Positions 34,077 to 43,052 of a DNA stretch of 64,000 nucleotides are shown piece after piece. Source of the DNA: an uncultured Planctomycetota bacterium (GTDB lineage Bacteria; Planctomycetota; Planctomycetia; Isosphaerales; Isosphaeraceae); NCBI GenBank assembly GCA_963845755.1, contig CAWJTV010000036.1, positions 288,001-352,000 on the forward strand, given 5' to 3'. The notes under the pieces were generated by a model, which worked only from the letters and a program-made list of their open reading frames with translations, was not told the origin of the DNA and ran no database searches. Within the stretch, counting starts at the first letter, position 1. Each line of letters starts with the position of its first letter. The translations under genes were made by a program, and so were the position numbers.

Positions 34077-36164
34077 TCACGCCCATCGGTTGAATTCCTC
34101 GGTCAGGAGATCCCAGAATCGCGAGCCCTGATTCAACTTCTGGGCGACCGCCACCCTTGTTGGCTGTACGCACGGCTTGTTGAGATACCATAACACGGCC
34201 ACATAGAGCCTCGGATGATCATTGAGAACGGTGTTCAGGACGGTGATCGATGCGAGGGTCTCGGGGCTCTGTTTGAACTTGAAGGAATCCTCATCGCGCC
34301 GGAGGGCGGACTGGACGTACGTTTTCAGGGTCTGATTCCCCTTGCCGAGAGCGGGCGGGATCACGCCATACATCCCGTTGCCTAGGTCATAAAGGATTCC
34401 CGCGGCCACCTTGCGTTGAGACTCTTCCTCGCGCTTCGCCTTGTAGAGGGGGATCGCCTGGGCAGCCTCCTTGTTCGCGATGAAAGTCTGGTAGCCGGCC
34501 AGCCCGAGGTCGTCCTTCATCCGGTCGATGAGGGGCGTCGGGTCGCTGAAATAGAGGGGACCGTATCCCGCCTCCCCATTCATGTTGTAGAGGGTGAGTA
34601 GTTTGTTAACAACCTGGCGTTCCAAATTATAGTAGTCGTCGCTGAGGGGGATGCCGGCTTCGGAGCAGACCGACCTCGCGATGGTTTCCGTCAGGCCCTC
34701 GTTGAAGATAGGACCCAGACTCGCCGCCAGGCCCGGGACGGAGAGCATGTGGACCAGTTCATGAACGGCGATATGCAGATCGGCCGCGCCCTGGCGGAGG
34801 TGGATCCGGCCCCCGTGCTCGAACGCGATGGTCTGATCGATGCGCCGGGCATGCTGGATCTGGAACTCCCACCCTTTGGACCCGCCGAGAAACTGCAGAC
34901 TCGAGGGGTCGTACTTCGGATTCACGGAGAGCTGCGAGCGGAGATGGGCGTCCCTGAAGCCCGCGTCGCCGAGGAAGGTGAGTGCGGCCTTGATGTCCTC
35001 GAGGCTCAGTTTGCGTTTGGCGTATTTCGCGAGGAACGTCGAATTCGAGAGGGTCTTATGCAGTCCCGTCGCCACCTCATCCTCGTAGCTTGGACTGTGG
35101 CCTTTCGCAGCTAACCCGTGCTTATCGAAGAGTTTGAGGACTTCACGTAGGGTGCGCACATCGGGGATGGGACGAAGGACCAGAAACTCGGCCAGGGCAA
35201 GCGTATCGTCCGGTCCGGGACCAACTCCGGGAGAGCGTTGGTCCAACCACAGCTTCATGACCTCGACCTCATCGGGTTTCAATTGATCCAACGCCTCTTT
35301 CATCGTGATGCGCTGGACGACGCCGTTCCGAGCCGTCGGACGCCGCGCGGGGCCGACGCTCGGGACCAGGGGGCCGGCGAGTGCCGGGTTGGTCGCCGGG
35401 CCACTCCGCGCCTGAGCTACCGAAGGGCGGGACGCGGCGGGCTGGATCGCCCGGTGGCCGGGGAGCTGAGCGGATGGAATTCCCGGACGCGTCGCCGGAG
35501 TGGCCCCGTGCAACTTGGCCTGGATGCCCGGGGAGACCGGCGTCGGGGCGAGGATCGCGACGGCGCGGAGGCCCAGCCGTTCCGCCTCGGACTCGAGCGC
35601 CCGGTCCTGGACCACCACCAGGCCGGAGCCGAAGGGGTTTCGGACTCGGCCGGCCCGCTGTTGCAGGACGTGCGCCAGCTCGTGGCCCAGGAGTCTCCGG
35701 CCCTGGGCCGTATCGGGATTGTAGTGTCCCGGCGCGAAGTAGAGGTCCGCGCCGTGCGCGAACGCCAGGGCGCCGATCGAGGTGGCTTCCGGCCCGACGT
35801 GAACGCGAACGTCGGAGAAGTCGGCCCCGAGCGCCGCCTTCAGCTTGCCCTGGATCAACCCCGGCAACGGTCGACCCATGGCCCGAGCCTTGAGTGGAAA
35901 CGTGGGTGGCAGGGGAAAAACGCCGTCGGTGTGGGCCTGGGCGGCGACAGGGCGAGAGGCCCGCGGCAGGATCGGCCCGGACCGAGGCGGCACGGGGCCG
36001 GGTCGAGACGGAGCCTGTGCCGCAGCCGCGATCGGCAGGCCCGGGCTCGGCACGGGGGCCTGCCCGGAGAATCGGGGCTTGTGGTCCAGGAAAGAGCCCT
36101 GGATCACGCCCGAGCGGCCGGACGCGCCGGAGACCAGGATCGGACGATGGGAGGAGGGATGCAT
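34077..36164 (-). CDS. DUF4157 protein B with C-terminal zincin-like domain (intact)
   Basis: DUF4157 core, then GVVQR, then AVHELVH...FNEGLTE. Start set at ATG 36164. Confidence 0.88.
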   Translation of the reverse strand: MHPSSHRPILVSGASGRSGVIQGSFLDHKPRFSGQAPVPSPGLPIAAAAQAPSRPGPVPPRSGPILPRASRPVAAQAHTDGVFPLPPTFPLKARAMGRPLPGLIQGKLKAALGADFSDVRVHVGPEATSIGALAFAHGADLYFAPGHYNPDTAQGRRLLGHELAHVLQQRAGRVRNPFGSGLVVVQDRALESEAERLGLRAVAILAPTPVSPGIQAKLHGATPATRPGIPSAQLPGHRAIQPAASRPSVAQARSGPATNPALAGPLVPSVGPARRPTARNGVVQRITMKEALDQLKPDEVEVMKLWLDQRSPGVGPGPDDTLALAEFLVLRPIPDVRTLREVLKLFDKHGLAAKGHSPSYEDEVATGLHKTLSNSTFLAKYAKRKLSLEDIKAALTFLGDAGFRDAHLRSQLSVNPKYDPSSLQFLGGSKGWEFQIQHARRIDQTIAFEHGGRIHLRQGAADLHIAVHELVHMLSVPGLAASLGPIFNEGLTETIARSVCSEAGIPLSDDYYNLERQVVNKLLTLYNMNGEAGYGPLYFSDPTPLIDRMKDDLGLAGYQTFIANKEAAQAIPLYKAKREEESQRKVAAGILYDLGNGMYGVIPPALGKGNQTLKTYVQSALRRDEDSFKFKQSPETLASITVLNTVLNDHPRLYVAVLWYLNKPCVQPTRVAVAQKLNQGSRFWDLLTEEFNRWA

Positions 36165-36210
36165 CGGATGGCCTCGGCCTCTACGATCGGAGGAAAACCT
36201 TGAGCCAGTG

Positions 36211-38347
36211 TCAGAGCTTCTCAGGTGGGATGCAGACCGGGCCGCCCAGGTCACCGACATTGACGTAAGAGAAGGTACTGGAAGACGTCGAGGTCAGGCT
36301 CGTCGAGGAGTTCGAGGAGGATTTCTTGGTCTTGCCGGCTCGGAAGTCTTCGATCGCATCCATCAACCCTGGACGCGCATTCAGGAAAGAAAAGAAGCCT
36401 TGATAAAAAGTCATCTCATCAAAACCCTGACTCTTCAGGTACTCGATGAGCGTTTGAACTTCCTGCCTCTCCCGCGGATAACACGGCCTCTTGCACGTCA
36501 TCCCGGCTTCCTGCATGATGATCAACGTGAGATGTTCGGTGAGGCCCTCGTTCAGATCGCTGCCCAGAGTCTTCTTCGTCATGTGGTTGGAGAGACTGTG
36601 CAGGAACTCGTGGATCGGAACGTGCAAGTCGTCGGTCGTGCCGCTGCCGAGACGGAGGTAGAACGTGTCTCCGACCCGCGCACCGAAGGAAAAGTCCATA
36701 TTCAGCAACTGTGATTGGACCGTAAGTTCACGCTGTTTGGCCTCGACCAGGAGGGCCGCCTCGATATCACGGGCTTCGGCGATCTGGATCGCGTTCGAGA
36801 CCATCTTCTTGAGGGATTCGAGACCCCCTTGTAACTGCGGGCCCGCGGCCTTGAGCAAGGTCTGGGATTTCAGGAGGGCCGGCGGGACCTCGCTCGCGTA
36901 AAAATCCCTGAGGAACTCCTTCGCATGAGGGATCGGCTTGGAAAACATGCTTCCGAACGTAGGGCCATTATCCTTCCAAATCTTATTGACGATGAACTTG
37001 GAGTTCTGCTCATGGAGTGCATATTGCTCGACGGAGTCTCGCAGTCTCGCCATTTCGAAGGGCCGGATGATCTCGTCTAACGGCAGGTTTGTCACCGCCA
37101 TTTTTTGTTCGATCCAGACCTTGAACTTCCGCTCGAAAGCCGAATCCTTCTCCAGCTCAAGCATGAGCTCCTCGATCGGCACGCACTGGACGACTGCGGG
37201 ATGGCTCCGCTTGGCCGCGTTTGGTGCGGCGCCAGGAGTCACCTTACGGGGGAGGATGGGGGAGGCGTGCAAGGCTTCCCGGCTGCGCAGGATGCTCGGC
37301 TTGATCGGGAGGATCGGTCGGGGCATCTGCCGGACCGGGGTGGGGATGGGACCTGGAGGACGTGTCGCACCGTGCGCCGGGGTTGGGCCCGGGAGAATCG
37401 CGCCCCGTTTCGGCTGGACCGACCCGATCGCGGCATCCGGGCGGCGGGCGGGTGAGATCGGACGGGCGACAGTGGGCAGGATCGGGGGACGGGCGGCCGG
37501 CGTCGAGGCGGATGGCGCAGGGTGCTGGGCCGTCGCGAGTCCGCGGGGAGGAGGCGCCCGGTCCGGGAGGCATCATCTTGGCCTGGACCGGCGGCACGAA
37601 CGTCGCGGCCCGTTGCCCCATCCGCTCCGCCTCGGCCTCCAGCGCCTGATCCTGGACCACGGCAAGTCCCGAGCCGAAGGCGTTGCGCACCCGGCCGGCT
37701 TGCTGCTGCAAGACGTGCGTCAACTCGTGCCCCAGCAGTCGCTGTCCCTCCGAGGTCGTGGGACGGTATTGCCCCGGGGCGAAGTAGAGGTCCGAACCGT
37801 GAGTAAACGCCAGGGCGCCGATCGACGGCGCTTCAGGCCCGATGTGGACCATCACGTCGGAGAAGTCGGCCCCGAAGAATGCTTCCATCTTCCGCTGGAC
37901 GGGCTCGGGCAGTCGTTGCCCCGTGCCATGGGGCTTGAGGGCGAACGTGGGCGGCAAGGCGAAGGTATTGCCGGAGAGGCGCTGTACCGCGATCGCTCCG
38001 AGGTGCCTCGCGCCGGTCGCGGGTTGGACGGACTGTGCCAGGGCCGGGCCGGGAAGGATGCCGTGTTGCGGCCGTCCTGGGTTCGGCGGGACCGCTCCGA
38101 AACTCGGGGGATGGATCGGACCGGATGCCCCGCCGAGCCGGGGCTGGGCCGGTTTCTGCTGGAGCGGTGCCGGCGGATGCGGAGACGGGCGGACCGGTGA
38201 GGTTGGAGGGGTCCCAGGCCATCCTCTTGCCGCCGGGGTGCCCGTCTGACGGGCCGCGGGCAACATGGGATCGATTCTGCCGGGAAGTCCGCCTGGGAAG
38301 TAACCTTGGATCACATTTCCACCGGAGAGCCCTACACGCGGAGACAT
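36211..38347 (-). CDS. DUF4157 protein A with C-terminal zincin-like domain (frameshift near 37560)
   Basis: DUF4157 core (LLGHELTHVLQQ), then AVVQC, then IHEFLH...LNEGLTE, and a Ser-rich tail. Confidence 0.85.
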
Positions 38348-38623
38348 GAGCGCAGCCTCGGAACATGAAGGTCTCACGGCGATGGACACGGCGCCCGAGC
38401 ACGTATGATTCCAAATATACTCTTGCCAGGACGGCGAGACAAGGTTGTGCAAGCGCCCCTTCGGCCCGCCGCCTCGATCGTCCCCCGCGAGGCATGTGAG
38501 AACCGCTCGGACAGACGCATGGTAGACTTAACCAAAAGATCAAGGCTGTGAGCCGCGCGTTTCGATCAAATTCGGCACCGATTGTCGGCGCGTGCTTGAA
38601 CGGGTGGGAGACGCTGCAAGGCC

Positions 38624-39277
38624 ATGAACGAGTCATTCGTGGAAGTGGACGAAGAGCCGAGCCTGGGGGCTTTGCGACTTGAGGCAACCCCGATCGTCTG
38701 GCGAGACGCATTGCGCGAGGATCTGGCCCGGACGATCGAGCGTGGGCACGGCCGGTGGTCGCGGGCGTTGGTGGCGATGGCGTGGATTCACCTGGGGAGT
38801 TTCCTCGGCTGCCAGGCGCTCCATGACCCCAGCCTCCAGAGCGACCCTCGCCTGGTCCTCGTGTGGGGTGCGGAGCTGGTCGCCGTGATCGTCGCATTGC
38901 GCGCGATCGTCGGGCCGCGATGGTTCGCGGCGTCACCGGCCGTCGGCGTCGTGACCCGGTTGTGGGCGACCTTCCTGATCCTCTCGTTCAACCTGGTGAT
39001 GCTCAACGCCTTGACCGGCTGGGAATCCCGATGGTACAAGCCGGCCTGGGGGACCTTGAGCACGTTCTTCTTCGCGTCGCTGGCCTGGCTGTTCACGCCC
39101 AAGTTCTTCATCCCAGCCGTCCAGATGTACTTCACCGCGCTCGTGATGGTCCACTTCCAGGACGAGGAAAACCTGGTTTATGGCGTGTCGTGGTGGGTCG
39201 CACTCATGAGTATCGCCGTGACGCTCCGGCGGCAGGAACGTCGATGGGAAAACCGTAGCTCAGGCTTTCCATCCTGA
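38624..39277 (+). CDS. Hypothetical integral membrane protein
   Basis: About 6 hydrophobic segments. Confidence 0.7.
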   Translation: MNESFVEVDEEPSLGALRLEATPIVWRDALREDLARTIERGHGRWSRALVAMAWIHLGSFLGCQALHDPSLQSDPRLVLVWGAELVAVIVALRAIVGPRWFAASPAVGVVTRLWATFLILSFNLVMLNALTGWESRWYKPAWGTLSTFFFASLAWLFTPKFFIPAVQMYFTALVMVHFQDEENLVYGVSWWVALMSIAVTLRRQERRWENRSSGFPS

Positions 39278-39320
39278 CATCGGGGGAGTCGGGCGGGAAA
39301 GCCCGACCTTCGCCGGGCTC

Positions 39321-41336
39321 TCACCGCGCCGGGGCCGGGTCCGTCGTCGGCGCCATCGCGGTCCCGAGGTCCAGGCTGGGCCGTTCGCGCTCTCGGATCG
39401 GCGTCGGGTTCCAGACCGGCAAATCGCAAAGGCCGCCGCCCAGGTAGATGTGCTGCCAGAGCTGGGTCGCGATGACGCAGGTCAAGCTCAGGTCCATGAT
39501 GATCCGTTTGGGAGTGATCGTGGGGAACCGCACCTGGGCGGCGCGCTCGCGCGCGATCCCTTCCGGGTCGAACCAGCCGGTGGCTCTGAGCGACTCGGGG
39601 CTCAGGAGCTGGTCGACCCAGGCCGGGCGGTCCGGGGCGAGGAAGGCTTCGGACCGGCTGGCGCGGAACATCGTCTTGGGGCGGTTGGCGATCCGGGTCG
39701 GGAGCGTCCGCGCGGCCACCTGGCGCAGCAGCCACTTGTCGGTCCGGCCACGCAGCTTGTACTCCGGGGCGATCGAGGCGCAGAAGGCGATCACATCGTC
39801 GTCGAGCAGCGGATACCGCGCCTCGACCGACGAGTTCATGGCGATCCGGTCCCCCTTGGCCACGAGGAGCAGTCCGGCCAGCATGACCTTGTAGCCGACG
39901 TAGAGCGACTGATTCAGCGGAGCCCAGTGCGGGAATCGGTCGTGGATGATGCCCAGGTCGTCGAAGGCCGCATGACCGGCCACGCGGTCCCAGAGTGCAC
40001 CGGAATAGACGAAGGATCGCCCCTGGGCCATGAGGTCGTAGACATCCTGCTGGGCCGTGCGCACGCCCCGGATGCCATGGCGCGGCGGCACGTGCGCCGG
40101 GTTGCCGCGCATCGAGCCGAGCACCAGCCGCCGGAACGCCGGGTTGATGAACCCCAGCGACCAGCGATTGAGCCGCTCGCGGATCGACTGGGTCTTGAAC
40201 CAGGCGTAGCCGGCCAGCGCCTCGTCGGCCCCCTCGCCGGTCAGCACGACCTTGTAGCCCTGACCGTGCACGGCGCGGGCCAGCCGCATCAGGCAGGCGC
40301 AGGAGGAGTCCATCACCGGCCCTTCGGCGGCGCGGATCAGCTCGGGATAGGCCGCGACGATGTCGGCGCGGTTCATCGTCACGGTGGTCAACTGCGAGCC
40401 CAGCGCCGCGGCCGATTCGGTCGCGTGCGACCGCTCGTCGGGGCCGGCGCGGTCCAACCCGATCGTGAACGACGGCACGGCCGAGCCCCGCTGTCGCGAG
40501 CTAAGCCCCAGCACGACCGTCGAATCCAGCCCGCCGCTGATATAGCTGACCACCGGCACGTCGCCCCGCAGCCGGCGCTCGACCGCCTGCCGCATCCGGG
40601 ATTCCAGCTCGTCGATCAGCGGCGTCGGATCGTCCAGCCGGCGCTCCTGGCCCGCGTCGGGGAAATCCAGGTCCCAGTAGAGTTTGCTCTCGACCCGCCC
40701 GTCGCGGACCCGGAGGTAATGGCCCGGCGGGATCGATTGGATCCCTTCGAAGAACGTGCGCGAGGTCCCGGCGCAGAAGGTGTGGAAGAACAGGTCGATG
40801 CCCTTGGGGTCCGGCCGGGCCGCGACCAGGCCCGACGACAACAGGGCCTTGATCTCCGAGCCCCAGAGCAACCAGCCATCGGCCATCGTGTAATACAGCG
40901 GGCAGATCCCCACCCGATCGCGCCCCAGGATCAGCGTGCGCGTGTTCCGGTCCCAGAGCGCGACGGCGAACTGGCCGCGGGCCTTCTCGAAGAACCCCTC
41001 GCCCAGGTCTTCATAGAGGTGGACCCACAGCTCGGTGTCGCACCGGGTCGCCAGCCGATGCCCCCGCGCCGACAGCTCGGCTTGCAGCTCGGGGTATTCG
41101 AAGAGCTCGCCGTTCTGCGTCGCCCAGATGGAACCGTCCTCGTTGCTGATCGGTTGGCGGCCTCCGGCCAGGTTGACGATCGACAGCCGCCGCGCCCCCA
41201 TCGCCACGCCCGGTTCGAGATGGACCTGTTCGTCGTCCGGGCCGCGATGCGCGATCGCGCCCGTCATCGCCAGCAACCGCGCGGCGGAGAACTCGCGATG
41301 GCCGTTCAGATCGATCGCACCCGCGATGCCGCACAT
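39321..41336 (-). CDS. asnB: Asparagine synthase (glutamine-hydrolysing) family amidotransferase
   Basis: MCGIAG, HRGPD, NGE, RDRVGICPLYY, ISGGLDS, VVLTGEGADE and SVEARYP. Confidence 0.93.
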   Translation of the reverse strand: MCGIAGAIDLNGHREFSAARLLAMTGAIAHRGPDDEQVHLEPGVAMGARRLSIVNLAGGRQPISNEDGSIWATQNGELFEYPELQAELSARGHRLATRCDTELWVHLYEDLGEGFFEKARGQFAVALWDRNTRTLILGRDRVGICPLYYTMADGWLLWGSEIKALLSSGLVAARPDPKGIDLFFHTFCAGTSRTFFEGIQSIPPGHYLRVRDGRVESKLYWDLDFPDAGQERRLDDPTPLIDELESRMRQAVERRLRGDVPVVSYISGGLDSTVVLGLSSRQRGSAVPSFTIGLDRAGPDERSHATESAAALGSQLTTVTMNRADIVAAYPELIRAAEGPVMDSSCACLMRLARAVHGQGYKVVLTGEGADEALAGYAWFKTQSIRERLNRWSLGFINPAFRRLVLGSMRGNPAHVPPRHGIRGVRTAQQDVYDLMAQGRSFVYSGALWDRVAGHAAFDDLGIIHDRFPHWAPLNQSLYVGYKVMLAGLLLVAKGDRIAMNSSVEARYPLLDDDVIAFCASIAPEYKLRGRTDKWLLRQVAARTLPTRIANRPKTMFRASRSEAFLAPDRPAWVDQLLSPESLRATGWFDPEGIARERAAQVRFPTITPKRIIMDLSLTCVIATQLWQHIYLGGGLCDLPVWNPTPIRERERPSLDLGTAMAPTTDPAPAR

Positions 41337-41569
41337 CTCGAAACCCTTCTCACGAAACCTGTTCGGCCGATCCGTTCCCCGGGACGCCCGCCGATCCGCC
41401 GGCCGGCGGGATCGATCGGGACACGTTGTACTATAACATTCGCAGTCAACCCGGGACGAGCCGGCCGACTTCCGAGCGTCCCATCGCACTCTGGTTCGAT
41501 CGTTTCACTCGTTGTATCTTGAGACGAACGTGTGGATCGTCTCGACGCATTCTTCTCGGAGCCGTGTCG

Positions 41570-42600
41570 ATGGCCAAGCCCTTCGAGATCGAGACCGAGG
41601 ACTACGAGTTATTGATCTCGCCGTCGGCCGGAGAGACCAACCTGCCCAAGCCGGCCTCGACGAACGTTCATGCCGACGTCAGTGCGGTCTCGCACACGGG
41701 GAGGGTCCGGTTGCGGAACGAGGACCACTTTCTCGTCTCCCGATTCAGCCGTAAGCACGAGATCCTCCAGACCAACCTGCCCCAGGAGTCCCTCCCCGAA
41801 CAGACCGGCGACGACGGCTATCTGTTCATCGTGGCCGACGGGATGGGCGGAATGGCTGCCGGCGAGGTCGCCAGCCGGCTGGCGATCAGCACGAGCCTAA
41901 AGCTGTTCCATCGCTCGGAGAAATGGGGCTTCAAGGTCAACCATCGCGAGGCGCGGCGAACTGTTCGACCGGATCAATAGCGATCTCCAGGAGATCGACA
42001 AGGCGCTCACCGAGCAGAGCGCGGCCGACCGCCGCCTCCTGGGGATGGGCACCACCTTGACCGCCGCCTACAGCATGGGCGTTCAACCTGTTCATCGTCC
42101 ACCTCGGCGACTCCCGGGTGTACCTCTATCGCGACGGCACGCTCCGCCAGTTGACCAAGGACCATACCGTCGCCCAGGCCATGGCCGATGCCGGCCACAT
42201 CTCCCACGAGGACGTGCGGCATCACGTCAAGCGCAATGCGCTGACCAACTTCCTCGGCGGCCACAACGGCAAGGTCCGGGCCGAGTTCCGCTGGCTCCGT
42301 CTCGCCGATGGCGACCGCCTGCTGCTCTGCAGCGACGGGCTCAATGAGATGGTCGACGACGCCTCCATCGCCCGGATCGTCGGCCGGCGCGGCTCGGTCC
42401 GCGAGGTGGCACAGGCCCTCCTCACGGAAGCCCTCGACGGCGGCGGTAAAGATAACGTCACCATCATCGTGGCCGGCTACCAGATCTCCAACCCGGAACC
42501 CGCCCAGGAAGCGAACCTCAGCGAGGAGCTGACCAAGCTGGAATCCACCTCCGATACGAACCCTCCGTCGTTAGCCTTCCTGGATGAGACGCGGGACTAG
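41570..42600 (+). CDS. PP2C-family Ser/Thr phosphatase (frameshifts near 41958 and 42085)
   Basis: GRVRLRNED, VADGMGG, MGTTLT, LLLCSDGL and GGKDNVT. Confidence 0.9.
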
Positions 42601-42644
42601 AGCGGTTCGATGTTGAGTTGCGCACGCTCGAAGTCCTCCCCGAA

Positions 42645-43042
42645 GAACCCCCCCGTACCCCCCCTTCGTAAGGGGGGGAAAGGAAATGGCCCGCTCCGTA
42701 GGTCTTTCTTCCCCCCTTACGAACGGGGGATACAGGGGGGTTCTGTCGCGTTGACCCTGGGGTGTGCGCAACGCAATCGTTACGCGCTCTCGAGCGTTCC
42801 AGGCATGGTTTGCGCACAGCTCGACACGAAGGACACTCATACGAACATGGATAGGTTGGAGTCCCGGCTTCAGCCGGCTTTTCCGCCTGAAGCCGGGACT
42901 CCAACCCGACAATGGAAGCCTGAGAGTCTGTCCCCGAAGGGGCCGGTCCGGGCGAGCGGGGGCGTCAGCCCCCTGTCTTGGAGGTCCGTCGCTCACCGGA
43001 CAGGGGGCTGACGCCCCCCGCTCGCCTTTCTGGGACAGACTC
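42645..43042. repeat. Cluster of three different REP-like inverted-repeat doublets between convergent genes
   Basis: 42645-42743 (cccccttcgtaagggggg family); 42854-42906 (ggagtcccggcttcag family); 42951-43026 (gagcgggggcgtcagccccctgtc family), the last nested in an 11-bp outer IR at about 42924/43042. Confidence 0.85.
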
Positions 43043-43052
43043 TGAGAGACGA

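Noticed and set aside
38624..39277. Immunity protein for the DUF4157 array
   Set aside because: It is divergently oriented, a single membrane protein for three different domains, and has no supporting motif. It cannot be excluded, but nothing supports it.
39321..41336. Lasso-peptide cyclase or RiPP cluster
   Set aside because: The N-terminal Cys glutaminase domain (MCGIAG) is intact, and there is no adjacent B1/B2 protein or precursor peptide.
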